Shown: positions 28,426 through 39,373 of the stretch, piece after piece
How positions within the stretch are numbered: position 1 is the first letter of the stretch
Layout of the letters: each line of letters starts with the position of its first letter
Source of the DNA: Patescibacteria group bacterium
Lineage (GTDB): Bacteria > Patescibacteriota > CPR2 > UBA1875 > CAIMLA01
DNA: 64,000 nt
Direction: 5' to 3'
Assembly: GCA_041738615.1 (NCBI GenBank)
Contig: JBGSPL010000004.1
Span: 65,203 to 129,202, forward strand
Translations under genes and position numbers: made by a program
Notes under the pieces: model-generated
Told to the model about the DNA's origin: nothing
What the model saw: only the letters and a program-made list of their open reading frames with translations
Databases searched by the model: none

Positions 28426-28953
28426 ATAGAAAAAAAGACCCGCATTAACCAACAGATTCGCGTATCAGAAGTACGACTTATTTCTCATGATGGCGAGCAG
28501 GTTGGTGTTGTGCCTACCTCCACTGCACTAGCAATGGCAGAAGAGGTCGGTCTTGACCTTGTCGAAGTTTCGCCAAATGCAGCTCCACCGGTTGCCAAAA
28601 TCCTAGATTGGGGCAAATACAAGTACGAGCAGCAGAAACAACAGGCAAAAGCTAAAGCCAAACAAAAGACTACTGAACTCAAGGGAATTCGCCTCGGTGT
28701 AAAAATCGGAGCACATGACCTCGATACCAAGCTCAAAAATGCGGAGAAATTTCTCGGCAAAGATGACAAGGTGAAGTTCGCCCTACGCTTTCGTGGACGA
28801 GAAATTGTACACAAAGAGCTTGGAGAAAAGATTCTTCTGAATGTAGCAGAGAGACTCTCGGAGATTTCCGAAGTCGAGCAGAAGCCTACATTTGCCGGAC
28901 GTGAGATGACACTCATCGTTGCGCCCAAAAAGACCAAAGGTTCAAAAGAGTAA
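28426..28953 (+). CDS. infC: Translation initiation factor IF-3, likely AUA start
   Basis: RINQQIR..EVRLI, LDLVEV and FRGRE; GGAG SD then ATA at 28426. Non-AUG starts are typical for infC, and the track's TTG lies inside the promoter. Confidence 0.93.
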   Translation: MEKKTRINQQIRVSEVRLISHDGEQVGVVPTSTALAMAEEVGLDLVEVSPNAAPPVAKILDWGKYKYEQQKQQAKAKAKQKTTELKGIRLGVKIGAHDLDTKLKNAEKFLGKDDKVKFALRFRGREIVHKELGEKILLNVAERLSEISEVEQKPTFAGREMTLIVAPKKTKGSKE

Positions 28954-29022
28954 TATATAAAGTTTGTAAGTCCGAAGTTCGTTCAGTTTCTGAGGTCCCG
29001 AGGATAAGTACAGGAGGCATTT

Positions 29023-29220
29023 ATGCCAAAGATGAAAACACATAGTGGTGCTGCAAAGAGATTTACCATCACAAAGACCGGTAAGATGAAGCGTGAAAAC
29101 GCGTTTGCTAACCATCTTTTGGAGCACAAAACTCAGGATCAGAAACGTGGTTATCGCGGCACTTCGAATGTCTCTGCTGCTGATCGCAAGAATGTTAAGA
29201 AAATGTTGGGAGTCGGTTAA
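29023..29220 (+). CDS. rpmI: 50S ribosomal protein L35
   Basis: MPKMKTHSGAAKRF. Confidence 0.97.
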   Translation: MPKMKTHSGAAKRFTITKTGKMKRENAFANHLLEHKTQDQKRGYRGTSNVSAADRKNVKKMLGVG

Positions 29221-29561
29221 TGAGAGTTAAGAGAGGCGTTACAAGCCACGCAAAACACAAAAAGGTTATGGCCCAGACAAAGGGCATGAGCAAGATTCGC
29301 CGAAGTAGTATCAAGAAGGCAAAAGAAGCTCTAATGAAGGCATGGGCCTACCAGTACCGCGATCGACGTAATATGAAGCGTGATTTTCGTGCTCTTTGGA
29401 TTACCCGTGTCGGAAACGCGGCCAAAGCTTCTGGAATGTCATATTCTCGATTTATAGCTGCCCTCAAGGCAAACAAGATTGATCTAGACCGCAAGGTTCT
29501 TGCTGAGGTTGCTGTGAATCATCCTACAGTTTTCGAAAAGATTGTAGAGAAGGTAAAGTAG
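29220..29561 (+). CDS. rplT: 50S ribosomal protein L20
   Basis: MRVKRG...YRDRR..KRDFR.LWITR. Confidence 0.97.
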   Translation: MRVKRGVTSHAKHKKVMAQTKGMSKIRRSSIKKAKEALMKAWAYQYRDRRNMKRDFRALWITRVGNAAKASGMSYSRFIAALKANKIDLDRKVLAEVAVNHPTVFEKIVEKVK

Positions 29562-29755
29562 TGAAAATCTGGGACTGCAAATGCACAGAGTGTAAAGCAG
29601 AGTTTCAAGCAGTACTTGAAGGCGCTGACGATGTCGTAGAATGTCCTTCTTGTAACTCGAAGAAAGTGGACCTCACAGAGACCGAGATGGAGTTTGGCTG
29701 CGGTGGCGGTTGCGGCAGTTGCGGCGGCGGTTGCGGTTCTGCTGACGCAGAGTAA
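29561..29755 (+). CDS. FmdB-like zinc-ribbon protein
   Basis: CTEC...CPSC and a Gly/Cys tail; TAGTG coupling to rplT. Confidence 0.75.
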   Translation: MKIWDCKCTECKAEFQAVLEGADDVVECPSCNSKKVDLTETEMEFGCGGGCGSCGGGCGSADAE

Positions 29756-29781
29756 CTAGGCGCTAGGAATTAGTGAAAAGT

Positions 29782-29807
29782 AAAAAGGACTCGGAGAGTC
29801 CTTTTTT
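29782..29807. terminator. Bidirectional terminator
   Basis: aaaaaggactc-gga-gagtcctttttt. Confidence 0.75.
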
Positions 29808-29866
29808 GATATTTGTTATGTTTTGTTATTACTAGTTCCTATTACCTAGCTACTATTTACTGCCCG

Positions 29867-31054
29867 TTATTCGTAACGTAGGGCTTCGAGCGGGTCTAGC
29901 TTAGCAGCGCGTCGCGCTGGTAGGATACCAGCTACTGTACTGATAAAGAAAGCGAAACCGACCACAAACCCAGCAAACCATAGTGGGGTAGCGAAGAGGC
30001 TGACCGCAGGACCGTCCAGGCTGACCGCAACGAAGTTGATCATTAGGTTTATACCTTTACCTAGGAGCCACCCTGTGGATACGCCTATCAGTCCGCCAAA
30101 GAGTCCAATCATAGAAGCTTCTGCTGTAAAGACGAACGCGACATCGCTGTTTCTACCACCGATAGCCTTCATGACACCAATCTCATGTGTACGTTCCAGG
30201 AGCGCAATGGTAAGGGTATTGAAGATGCCGATGGCCGCAACCATCAGGGCGATAAAGCCGAAACCTCCCAGTACGAATTTCACGATCGTAAAGACCTGAT
30301 TGATCTGATCAACCGTATCAGTCACTGAGTTTGTCGGATAACCCATACTTTCGACCGCCTTGCGAATTTCCATCATTGACTCTCGCTTTTCAATCTTGAT
30401 CTTCACTTTGCTATAGGTACTCCCTTGGAATTTGTCGAGTACCTTGATCGGTGTGTAGGCAAACTTGGTAGCGTCATCCTTTGAGATACCGATGATCTTT
30501 AGCTTGAGGGTGCTCTCCTCTTTCTTGTCGTTGGAAATAATCTTAACAACCTTTACGCTCAGCTCCTGGCCTAGTGCTTTTGCCGGGTCTGTAAGCTTCA
30601 GAGCCTTTAGACTTGCAATCGAGATGATTGTCTCGTTGGCGGTGTCGCTAGAGAAGGTTTTACTGCCGTAGTCGGCCGTGATGTCTTCGAGGTTTAGGTA
30701 TTTGGGGTTCACGCCGTAGGCGATAGTATCACCACTGTCTGTTGCGGTACTAATGCTTGCTGGGTAGCTAAGAATAGGGCTAATGTCGGTGACGCCCTCG
30801 ATCCCTTTGAACTTCGTTACGGCGTCACTGTTTAGGAGCGTGTTTTCCTTTTGACTTGTATTTACGGTAAGTAGGGTAAGGGCGTCGAGGTTTGCTACCT
30901 TGCTGACGGCTAGTTCTTGCATCCCGAAACCTAGTGAAACAAGGAAGACGATAGCTCCAATACCAACAACCACGCCGGAAATAGTAAGTACTGTTCGTAG
31001 CATATTGCGGCGTAGATTGCCGAAAGAAAGGCGAAGGATGTCAATTATTTTCAC
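29867..31054 (-). CDS. ABC transporter permease (MacB/FtsX family)
   Basis: RTVLT..GVVVGIG, ERTHEIGVMKAIG and PARRAAKLDPLEALRYE. Confidence 0.93.
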   Translation of the reverse strand: MKIIDILRLSFGNLRRNMLRTVLTISGVVVGIGAIVFLVSLGFGMQELAVSKVANLDALTLLTVNTSQKENTLLNSDAVTKFKGIEGVTDISPILSYPASISTATDSGDTIAYGVNPKYLNLEDITADYGSKTFSSDTANETIISIASLKALKLTDPAKALGQELSVKVVKIISNDKKEESTLKLKIIGISKDDATKFAYTPIKVLDKFQGSTYSKVKIKIEKRESMMEIRKAVESMGYPTNSVTDTVDQINQVFTIVKFVLGGFGFIALMVAAIGIFNTLTIALLERTHEIGVMKAIGGRNSDVAFVFTAEASMIGLFGGLIGVSTGWLLGKGINLMINFVAVSLDGPAVSLFATPLWFAGFVVGFAFFISTVAGILPARRAAKLDPLEALRYE

Positions 31055-32055
31055 TCTTTTGGCTCCTCTGTTTCAGTAGTGGCTTCAGCGTCATTCGCCG
31101 CTGGTTCCACAGTAGTAGTTTCCGTTTCTGTGATTGTAGTTTCGGTATCGGTAGGCTCGGTGGTGTTCGTCTCGGGAATCATCTCTTCGGTTTCCGGTTC
31201 TTCCTCTTCAGTCTTTTTCTTTGATTTCTTGCCTGTTTTTGTCTTCATACCATCATCTGCATTACTGTTGCCGGCTTTCACAGCACCAATCTCTTTGGCA
31301 ACTTCCTTAAGATCATCACTGATGTGTTCAACGCTGTCGACGTCTTCCTCGGTCTTTACCTTGCTATTGACCTGGGTCTTTACTACTTTCCCGTCCTGCA
31401 TAAAGAAGATACGGTCAGCGTAGTCTAGGTACTCTGGGTTATGGGTAATGAGGATAACGGTACGTTTGGATTTACGGTTAAGGGAGATCAGAAGTCTCAT
31501 GACTTCGTTTGCTGATTTCGAGTCCAGATTACCTGTTGGCTCGTCGGCAAGCATAATCCAAGGCGCCGTGACCAGGCTTCTTGCTATAGCAACTCTTTGT
31601 TGCTGTCCTCCTGAGAGCTGTGAGGATGTGTGGTCGGCATATTTTGCTAGCCCTACCGTTTCGAGTAGGCTCTTTGCCCTGGCAATACGCTGAGATTTGG
31701 AAATCCGAGCAAAAGTGAGCGGAAGCGCAATGTTTTCGATGATATTCATGGAAGGGATGAGGTTGAATGACTGGAAGACGATCCCAATCTTGGACCTACG
31801 GTACTTGGCTAGACCTTCGTTATCTAGAGTGGAGAGCTTATCTCCACGGACATAGACTTCGCCTGTGCTTGGCTTTTGAAGGCCAGCAATGATAGAAAGT
31901 AGAGTAGATTTGCCGCAACCAGACTGTCCAAATATACAAATAAACTCCCCCGAGTAAATCTCAAGATTTACTCCTTGTAGAGCTTTTACTTCGACATCGC
32001 CGAGCTGATATGTTTTTGAGACATTGACAGCCTTGAAGACTGGTACTTTTGCCAT
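31051..32055 (-). CDS. ABC ATP-binding protein (LolD/MacB family) with acidic T/E-rich tail
   Basis: [17 protein letters not shown] and ADEPTGNLD. Confidence 0.93.
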   Translation of the reverse strand: MAKVPVFKAVNVSKTYQLGDVEVKALQGVNLEIYSGEFICIFGQSGCGKSTLLSIIAGLQKPSTGEVYVRGDKLSTLDNEGLAKYRRSKIGIVFQSFNLIPSMNIIENIALPLTFARISKSQRIARAKSLLETVGLAKYADHTSSQLSGGQQQRVAIARSLVTAPWIMLADEPTGNLDSKSANEVMRLLISLNRKSKRTVILITHNPEYLDYADRIFFMQDGKVVKTQVNSKVKTEEDVDSVEHISDDLKEVAKEIGAVKAGNSNADDGMKTKTGKKSKKKTEEEEPETEEMIPETNTTEPTDTETTITETETTTVEPAANDAEATTETEEPKE

Positions 32056-32119
32056 AAACCCTCACTACTAGACTAAGTATAAAGGATTTTAGAAAAAGTA
32101 AAAAGTATTTTACGGTTCC

Positions 32120-33643
32120 CTAGAGTGCAAATCTCTGCTTTGGGCGATACTGAAGCGCCTCTGCGATATGAGAGGGTTTGATGTTTTCGCTTCCCTCAAG
32201 GTCTGCTATGGTTCTCCCAAGCTTTAAGATCCGATGATAACCACGCGCCGAAAGCCCAAGCTGTTTGCTAGCAGCAAGGAGTAGATTATTCCCCTCTGTA
32301 TTGAGTCGACAATATTCTTTGATATCAGAGAGTGACATTTCGCTATTGGTGACCGCTTTGCTGCCTCTCAGTCTCGCCCGCTGCACTTCGCGAGCAGCCT
32401 TTACCCGAGAAAGTATTTGCAGGGATGGTTCTGCGCTTCTATTGTCGACCAGCTTTTGGTGGTCCACCCTAGGTACTTCGAGATGAATGTCGATCCGGTC
32501 AAGAAGTGGCCCGGAAACCTTCTTCTGATATTTCACTATCTGCCCCAAGGTACAGGTACACTGTCTCTCTGGGTCTGTAGAGTAACCACAGGGGCACGGA
32601 TTCTGGGCTGCGACCAAGATAAACTTCGCCGGGAAATCTAGGCTGCCATTGGCTCTAGAGATTGTTATAGTCCCTTCCTCTAGGGGTTGTCTCATGACCT
32701 CTAGTACCGCCCGAGGAAACTCCGGTAACTCATCGAGAAAGAGGACACCGCGATGCGAGAGACTTATCTCGCCTGGTTTTGGCCAGCTACCGCCACCAAT
32801 AAGCGCCACACCACTGGTCGTATGATGGGGACTACGATAGGGGCGTGTCCGAATGAGAGAACTTTGTTTGTTGAGAGCCCCAGCAACGGAGTAAATCTTT
32901 GTTACCTCCAAGGCTTCCTCGTAACATAGAGGCGGTAGGATAGAGCAGAGAGCCTTGGCAAGCAGAGTTTTGCCGGAACCAGGAGGTCCGTCCATCAGAA
33001 GGTTGTGTCCGCCAGCGGCGGCAATCTCTAATGCTCGTTTGGCGTGCTCTTGTCCGATTACCTGGGCAAAGTCAATCTCGTATTTTTCCGTATCCTGATC
33101 TTTGAAAGGGGAGAAAGGGGAGATAGCTAGCGGTACTTCTTTTCGAAAATGGTTGATGAGATCAATGAGAGAATTAGCCCCGTATATTTCTATACCATCT
33201 ACGACAGTCGCTTCGGCAATATTGATCGCTGGTACGACGATTGAATCAAATCCGAGGTCGCGTGCTGCAACTACAGTCGTCAGGATGCCGTTTGTATGTC
33301 TCAGTTTGCCATCGAGTGACAGTTCGCCGACAAATATATACTTACTAGGATCGAAATCTATCTGCCCGCTTGCAAGCAATATGCCGATGGCAATAGGGAG
33401 GTCGTAGGCCGGGCCTTCCTTGCGAATGTCGGCCGGAGCTAGGTTTACAGTAATCCTTTTCTGGGGAAAGGTGGTGTCGCAGTTCTTGAGTGCGCTGCGG
33501 ACCCGTTCCTTGGATTCCTCGACCGCCTTATCGGGCAAACCGACTATCATGAATCCTGGCAGACCACCAGAAAGATCGACTTCTACCTCTACCTTTTCTG
33601 CGGCAAGCCCAATGACTGCTACCGAACTTATTTTTGCAAGCAT
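32120..33643 (-). CDS. comM: YifB/ComM Mg-chelatase-like AAA+ ATPase
   Basis: VGLPD, VNLAPAD, GPPGSGKT, FLDELPEF, NPCPCG and SGPLLDRID. Confidence 0.92.
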   Translation of the reverse strand: MLAKISSVAVIGLAAEKVEVEVDLSGGLPGFMIVGLPDKAVEESKERVRSALKNCDTTFPQKRITVNLAPADIRKEGPAYDLPIAIGILLASGQIDFDPSKYIFVGELSLDGKLRHTNGILTTVVAARDLGFDSIVVPAINIAEATVVDGIEIYGANSLIDLINHFRKEVPLAISPFSPFKDQDTEKYEIDFAQVIGQEHAKRALEIAAAGGHNLLMDGPPGSGKTLLAKALCSILPPLCYEEALEVTKIYSVAGALNKQSSLIRTRPYRSPHHTTSGVALIGGGSWPKPGEISLSHRGVLFLDELPEFPRAVLEVMRQPLEEGTITISRANGSLDFPAKFILVAAQNPCPCGYSTDPERQCTCTLGQIVKYQKKVSGPLLDRIDIHLEVPRVDHQKLVDNRSAEPSLQILSRVKAAREVQRARLRGSKAVTNSEMSLSDIKEYCRLNTEGNNLLLAASKQLGLSARGYHRILKLGRTIADLEGSENIKPSHIAEALQYRPKQRFAL

Positions 33644-33765
33644 ATTTCCCTCCCAAATAATACTTATCTGAAAGGATAATAGAGCTTAGTACTATACAAT
33701 ACTAGTATACAGATTTAATTTCGAGTTTTGAATTTCTAATTTCGGGTAAAGTAGGGGCTGATTTA

Positions 33766-34338
33766 TTAATATTTTGAGTAATAATCGCGAGTTTTGAGAA
33801 AATCCTTTGAAAGGGGCTTGCCCAGAGACTCTATGTATTTTGTCATTTCTCCATTTATTAGGTTAATCGTATGGCCCCGAGAAACCAGCATTTGAGCACG
33901 TATTACTCGGAATTCATCCTGTTCGGCCGTAGATTCGACAAAGTCTGCGATAAATACAATTTCTTCTATCGGTGACATCTCGGCCCGACCGGTCGTATGC
34001 GAAGCTATGGCAGATAGAATTTCTAGGTCGTTGATGTCTAGTTCCTGTTTACAAATATGTGCCGCGATTTTGGCATGACTCAGAATATTGTCCTGAGTTT
34101 CATCGTCTGTTGTCGCCAACTTGTGTTTGCTAACATATTCTGTACGCTCGCCATTGCTCCAATCCCTCGCTAGGTCATGGAGAGCGCCAGCTACCCAGGC
34201 TTTTTCTGGATTGATATTGTAAACAAGCGCGAGCTTTACTGCCAGTTCTGCCACCCCGAGTGAGTGGCAGGCTCGATCTTTACTAACATGGTATTTCCTA
34301 TATATGTCGGCAATATTGTCTTTAGTTATCTTTATCAT
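33766..34338 (-). CDS. YqeK-like HD hydrolase (Ap4A hydrolase family)
   Basis: HSLGVA, LHDLAR, HTTG and IAD. Confidence 0.8.
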   Translation of the reverse strand: MIKITKDNIADIYRKYHVSKDRACHSLGVAELAVKLALVYNINPEKAWVAGALHDLARDWSNGERTEYVSKHKLATTDDETQDNILSHAKIAAHICKQELDINDLEILSAIASHTTGRAEMSPIEEIVFIADFVESTAEQDEFRVIRAQMLVSRGHTINLINGEMTKYIESLGKPLSKDFLKTRDYYSKY

Positions 34339-34344
34339 GTGCCC

Positions 34345-35142
34345 CTAGATGCTTACGGTTTTTGCAGTTTCGGCTCGTTTTATCGCCGCGTCGTGGGCTG
34401 CGATCTCGATGGAGTCATCGAGAACAGTCAACGGCTCTACATTGCCATAGCGGCGATAAAGGGCGCACTGGATCAGGTGGTCTGTAAACCAAGGGTTCTT
34501 GGGCAGCAAGCTGCCATGGAGGTAGGTGCCGTAGGCGTTCTTGTAGATGGCTCCTTCGTAGCTACCATCTCCTTTATTGCCGAAGCCACGAGTCACATAG
34601 CCGAGAGGCTTGGTGTCCCCTGCGATTACGGTTTGACCGCTGTGGTTTTCGAAACCGACGAGGGTATTGTGCCCGCTAGCAGTAGGGGGCGTTTTGAACT
34701 GATTTTCCCATTCGGTAAGGGTATGCGAGATATCAATAACAACATTACCAATTAAGCGCTTGTTTCCTGCGACTGTTGTGGCGTCAAAGACGCCGACGCC
34801 CGGTATTTTGTCTCCGGTATTGGTCTGAAAGTAGTGACCAAAGAGCTGAAAACCGCCACAAATCAGTAGAGCTGCGGCGCCTTCGTCGATAGCTTCCTTG
34901 ATAGCTGGTCCCTTGGCTACTAGATCGCTAGTGACAATCTTTTGACCGCTGTCTTGGCCACCACCCATATAAATCAGGTCGGCTTTTTGGAAGTCTACGC
35001 TGTCGCCGACGTGAACGTTTACGACTTCTGTCTCGATACCACGCCACTCGCAGCGCCTAGTGATGGCAATAATGTTACCTAGGTCTCCATAGAGATTCAT
35101 GGCATCTGGGTAGAGGTGGAATATTGTAATCTTCTTGGCCAT
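34345..35142 (-). CDS. gatD: Lipid II isoglutaminyl synthase glutaminase subunit
   Basis: LYPD.MNLYGD.GN, ICGGFQL, GFENHSG and YLHGSLLPKNP. Confidence 0.9.
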   Translation of the reverse strand: MAKKITIFHLYPDAMNLYGDLGNIIAITRRCEWRGIETEVVNVHVGDSVDFQKADLIYMGGGQDSGQKIVTSDLVAKGPAIKEAIDEGAAALLICGGFQLFGHYFQTNTGDKIPGVGVFDATTVAGNKRLIGNVVIDISHTLTEWENQFKTPPTASGHNTLVGFENHSGQTVIAGDTKPLGYVTRGFGNKGDGSYEGAIYKNAYGTYLHGSLLPKNPWFTDHLIQCALYRRYGNVEPLTVLDDSIEIAAHDAAIKRAETAKTVSI

Positions 35143-36509
35143 TATTCTAAGTACCCTTTCACGAGATGTCTATTTGCCAGGATTCTGCGTATCTCGAGCA
35201 TAGCAGTATATGTTGGTAGGATATATAGAGTCTCTCCGTCCTTGGTCATGGAGAGAGCAGAGTCGAGCGCCGCAGCCGTATTTTTCTCGAGAGTAATGCC
35301 TTTGGTACTAAAGCCCGCATATTTGAATCGGAGAAGCATGTCCTCGGCGCGGATCCCGGCGATGGTGACTGGTCCTAGGTGGTCCTTTAGGATTTCCATT
35401 TCGGAATCCCAAATCCAGGAAATGTCTGTCCCATCTGCAAAGTTGTCGTTTAGGGCAATGAGGAGATTCTTTTTATTATCATCAAAGGTGAGGGTTTCGA
35501 TGGTTTGTGTGAACCCAGTAGGGTTCTTCACGAGCATCAGGAAGATGTTTTTGTTGCCTACGGCGATTTTTTCCATCCTTCCAAATGCGGCTGAGACATT
35601 GGTGAGAGCGTAGGCGATAGATTGCCCGGGGATGCCGTAAAAGTCAGCAACCGCAGCGGCAGTGAGGGCATTGTAGAGGTTGTATAGACCAGGTAGGGTG
35701 ACTTGGATTCTCGTCTTGTGACGAGCTTCTGCAAACGTAGCTCCAGACATTTCGGTTTGCAGATTCAGCTCAGTAAGGGCGTAGTGTAGCTTAGGTCTAG
35801 CGAGGCCACAATTTGGACATTTGTAGTTTCCGAGATGTCCAAAATATCTTGGTGTGAAGGTAAGCTCATGGCCACAGACTAGGCAAGTGCGACTGTCGAT
35901 AGCACCCGTGGACTTGGTGGTGTATTTGTCATTGATGCCAAAGTAAAGTGCCTTCGGATTGTCGTTGCCAAGACTAGCAACTAGCGGATCGTCTGCGTTT
36001 AGGAGTAGTGTTGCCTCGGGAGCCATCTTGATGGCCTTCTCGATGATTGCCGCTGTTTTGTCGACTTCACCATATCTGTCCAGTTGGTCCCGAAAAAGGT
36101 TGGTTACGACGATCATTTTTGGCTTTACTAGGGCCACAATCTCTGGCATCGTGGCTTCGTCTACCTCGAAGAGGCCGACCTCGCCGTCTATCTTGGTGCC
36201 CCAGAAGTTCGTCTTTTGGATAAGAAAAGAAGCAATTCCCCGGGCGAGATTGCTGCCGCTGAAGTTATAAATTACTTTATGTCCCGCCGCTTCCAGGATG
36301 CCAGCAATCATCTTACTGCTAGTAGTTTTTCCATTTGTACCGGTAACTAGGATGATACCGCCCGGGAGCATCTCGGAGAGTTTTGTAATAATAGCTGGAT
36401 CTACTTTTTGAGCAACGAGACCTGGGAGTGCAGAGCCGCTGCCTTTCCCGGTACTTTGGCTAAGAGCTCTAGCAAACTCGGCTATTAGAATGGCAAAGAA
36501 TTTACGCAT
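35142..36509 (-). CDS. murT: Lipid II isoglutaminyl synthase ligase subunit
   Basis: TGTNGKTT, NLFRDQLDRYGE, Zn CxxC pair, KNP.G, DISWIWD and PTYTAML. Confidence 0.92.
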   Translation of the reverse strand: MRKFFAILIAEFARALSQSTGKGSGSALPGLVAQKVDPAIITKLSEMLPGGIILVTGTNGKTTSSKMIAGILEAAGHKVIYNFSGSNLARGIASFLIQKTNFWGTKIDGEVGLFEVDEATMPEIVALVKPKMIVVTNLFRDQLDRYGEVDKTAAIIEKAIKMAPEATLLLNADDPLVASLGNDNPKALYFGINDKYTTKSTGAIDSRTCLVCGHELTFTPRYFGHLGNYKCPNCGLARPKLHYALTELNLQTEMSGATFAEARHKTRIQVTLPGLYNLYNALTAAAVADFYGIPGQSIAYALTNVSAAFGRMEKIAVGNKNIFLMLVKNPTGFTQTIETLTFDDNKKNLLIALNDNFADGTDISWIWDSEMEILKDHLGPVTIAGIRAEDMLLRFKYAGFSTKGITLEKNTAAALDSALSMTKDGETLYILPTYTAMLEIRRILANRHLVKGYLE

Positions 36510-36535
36510 GAGCTAATTATATATCAAAAAGCTGG

Positions 36536-37435
36536 CTAGTGCGAAGCGAGGAAGTTGTTTATAGCTTTTTCTGCTGCCGGCATAGAGTCCACCCATAGAA
36601 TATCAGGATTCCGGCGAAACCAAGTGAGCTGTTTCTTCGCAAGATTGCGGTCACCTTGTTTGAACTTCTCAATGGCTTCATCTCGGGAAATTTCACCTCG
36701 CAGAAAACGAGTGAACTGCTTGTATCCTATACCGCTCATCCCTGGAGCATCACTGCCATACTCTGCGTTTAGGTTTTCTACCTCTTTTTCGAATCCAGCT
36801 GACAGCCAGGTCTCAACACGTTTGTTGAGCTTGTTGTACAGCGTGGCACGGTCTACGCTTATCGCGAGGTATAGTACATTATCTGGTAGCGGATCTCTTG
36901 ATTCTTGTACTACCTTACCTTTTCCGGTTTGTTCTAGCACTTCTAGGGCCCTTATAGTGCGACGTTTGTTGCGAGGATCTATGGTAATTGCTGTTTCGGG
37001 ATCATTCTTTTTAAGTATTTCGTATAATTCTTCGGCCGATTGCCCCTCAAGCATTCCACGATATGCTTCGTCTAATTTCCCGGCAGGAGAGAAGTTGTAA
37101 ATGAGTGAGTCGATATATAAACCAGTACCACCTACCACAAAGGGTATTTTACCTTGTTTCCATATTTCGGTAAGTTTATCTTTTGCCTTAGCTTGAAACT
37201 CTACCAAGCTAAAGCTCTCATCGGGCGCAACCAGATCGAACAAGTGATGAGGTATACCATTCATTTCTTCAATGGTTGGTTTACCGGTGCCCAAATTCAT
37301 CTTTTTGTAAATACTACGTGAGTCAGCATTAATTACTTCGCCACCATATTTGCCTGCCAATGCAACAGCTAGAGCTGTTTTACCGCTGGCTGTGGGCCCT
37401 GTAATTACGATTATCGGTTTATTTAGGGACTTCAT
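36536..37435 (-). CDS. miaA: tRNA dimethylallyltransferase
   Basis: GPTASGKT, ADSR.IY, GTGKP, VGGTGLY and AKKQLTWFR. Confidence 0.95.
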   Translation of the reverse strand: MKSLNKPIIVITGPTASGKTALAVALAGKYGGEVINADSRSIYKKMNLGTGKPTIEEMNGIPHHLFDLVAPDESFSLVEFQAKAKDKLTEIWKQGKIPFVVGGTGLYIDSLIYNFSPAGKLDEAYRGMLEGQSAEELYEILKKNDPETAITIDPRNKRRTIRALEVLEQTGKGKVVQESRDPLPDNVLYLAISVDRATLYNKLNKRVETWLSAGFEKEVENLNAEYGSDAPGMSGIGYKQFTRFLRGEISRDEAIEKFKQGDRNLAKKQLTWFRRNPDILWVDSMPAAEKAINNFLASH

Positions 37436-38261
37436 TCTCAAGTCTTTCTATGTGCCTTACCACGGCATCGATGGAAAAATCTGGGGTTGAGGCACCCGCA
37501 GCAATTCCAACCGTGGATACTCCCTGAAACCAAGACTTTTGAATCTCGGTTTCGTTTAGAATATGGTGCGTGGTGACGTTCTTTTCGGCGACTTCACGAA
37601 GCCGTGTAGTATTCGAGGATTCCTTGCCGCCAACGATTATCATCAAATCTACTTCTTTGGACAAATTTTGGACCTCGTTTTGATTATTCTCAGTAGCGCC
37701 ACAGATTGTATTCACAGTCTCAACGTTTGGATATTTGTTACATAGATAAACAGAAATCTCATGAAATTTAGAAGTGCTCTGTGTGGTTTGCGAGATGAAA
37801 AGAATGTTTTTGTCTTTTTCTATCTCGGGGATGTCGGTAATATCATTTACTACGTGGGCAGTAGGAGCATAGCTCACAACGCTCACAATCTCTGGGTGGT
37901 TGGTCTCTCCCAAGATTAATACCTCATAACCACGTTTTGCGTGATCGGCGGCAAGTTTTTGGACCTTCTTTACGAAAGGACAAGTAGCATCTATGATTTC
38001 CAGTTTTTTGGCGAAAAGCTTAGATTCGAGCTCCTTAGTGATACCGTGTGTTCTGGTAATTATCTTATTGGTCACTATTTCCTCAGGCGTGTTGACGACA
38101 GTAATGCCAGAATCTTGCAAAGTGCGGATGTATTCAGGATTATGGATTAGCGGTCCAAATGTTTGGATATTATCGCCCGATTTTGCCTCGGTCATAGTCA
38201 TTTCGGCGGCGCGGCGGACACCAAAACAAAAACCGGCTCCCTTGGCAACGAGTATATTCAT
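37419..38261 (-). CDS. ispH: HMBPP reductase
   Basis: GFCFGV, DATCPFV, HPE, TICGAT, SSNT and AGASTP. Confidence 0.95.
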   Translation of the reverse strand: MNILVAKGAGFCFGVRRAAEMTMTEAKSGDNIQTFGPLIHNPEYIRTLQDSGITVVNTPEEIVTNKIITRTHGITKELESKLFAKKLEIIDATCPFVKKVQKLAADHAKRGYEVLILGETNHPEIVSVVSYAPTAHVVNDITDIPEIEKDKNILFISQTTQSTSKFHEISVYLCNKYPNVETVNTICGATENNQNEVQNLSKEVDLMIIVGGKESSNTTRLREVAEKNVTTHHILNETEIQKSWFQGVSTVGIAAGASTPDFSIDAVVRHIERLENEVPK

Positions 38262-39304
38262 AGTTTGGCAATCTCTTCGAGGAGTGCAGGTAGAAGCTCG
38301 TTTTCTGGTAGAGTCTTCAGCACGACACCTTTTTTGAAGATTACTCCGGCTCCCTTGCCTCCCGCGACGCCGATGTCTGCCTCCTTGGCTTCACCAGGTC
38401 CATTTACTACGCATCCCATTACGGCTACTGTTACTGGCTTATCGATTTTTTCTAGTTCTTTCTCGACCGCATTGGCAAGTGCAATCAGGTCAATCTCGGT
38501 GCGGCCACAGGTGGGGCACGAGACGAGATTGGCTCCTTTCTCACGCATTCCTAGCGATTTCAGTATTTCCCAGGCAACACGGACCTCCTCTACTGGATTA
38601 GCGGTTAGGGAGATACGAAGAGTATCGCCGATGCCGTCAGCAAGTAATATTCCGATACCGACGGAGCTCTTTATAACGCCTACTTTTGGTGTTCCTGCCT
38701 CGGTAATGCCAAGGTGTAGTGGGTAATCTACTTCTTTTGAGAGTAACCGATAGGCCTCGACCGTACGATTGACGTCGGAGGCCTTAAGTGAAACTACAAT
38801 ATCATGAAAATCATGCTTTTCGAGGAGACGGATGTGATGTAAGGCACTCTCGGCTATCGCTTTTGCGGTTCGGCCGTACTTTTCCTCCAGATGTCTCTCT
38901 AAAGAGCCAATATTTACTCCAATACGTATGGGAACGCCGTGCTTTTTGCAAGCATCAACAACGGCTTTGACCTTCTCCTCAGAACCAATATTCCCTGGAT
39001 TGATACGAATTTTGTCGATTCCCTGTTCGATACACTCAAGGGCAAGTTTGTAATCAAAATGAATATCGGCGACAAGAGGGATATCGATTCCGGCCTTGAT
39101 CTCGCCAATTTTCTTGGCAGCCGCCATGTCGGGAACTGCAACCCGAACAATCTCACAGCCTGCCATTGTGAGCTCTTTGATCTGTTTTATGGTTGCGAAG
39201 GCATCGCGAGTGTCCGTATTTGTCATAGATTGGACAGCTACGGGGTGGTTGCCTCCGATAGTTACGTTTCCGATACGTACTTCTCTAGTTGTTTTTCGTT
39301 TCAT
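38258..39304 (-). CDS. ispG: HMBPP synthase (flavodoxin-dependent)
   Basis: [33 protein letters not shown] and [10 protein letters not shown]. Confidence 0.97.
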   Translation of the reverse strand: MKRKTTREVRIGNVTIGGNHPVAVQSMTNTDTRDAFATIKQIKELTMAGCEIVRVAVPDMAAAKKIGEIKAGIDIPLVADIHFDYKLALECIEQGIDKIRINPGNIGSEEKVKAVVDACKKHGVPIRIGVNIGSLERHLEEKYGRTAKAIAESALHHIRLLEKHDFHDIVVSLKASDVNRTVEAYRLLSKEVDYPLHLGITEAGTPKVGVIKSSVGIGILLADGIGDTLRISLTANPVEEVRVAWEILKSLGMREKGANLVSCPTCGRTEIDLIALANAVEKELEKIDKPVTVAVMGCVVNGPGEAKEADIGVAGGKGAGVIFKKGVVLKTLPENELLPALLEEIAKL

Positions 39305-39373
39305 ATATAAGAGTCAGCTTGTTAATTTGACTTTCGTATTATACACTAAAATCACGTAAATTAGGAGAGAAAG

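Noticed and set aside
28954-29022. L20 autoregulatory leader between infC and rpmI
   Set aside because: Plausible position, but no structure I could support by eye.
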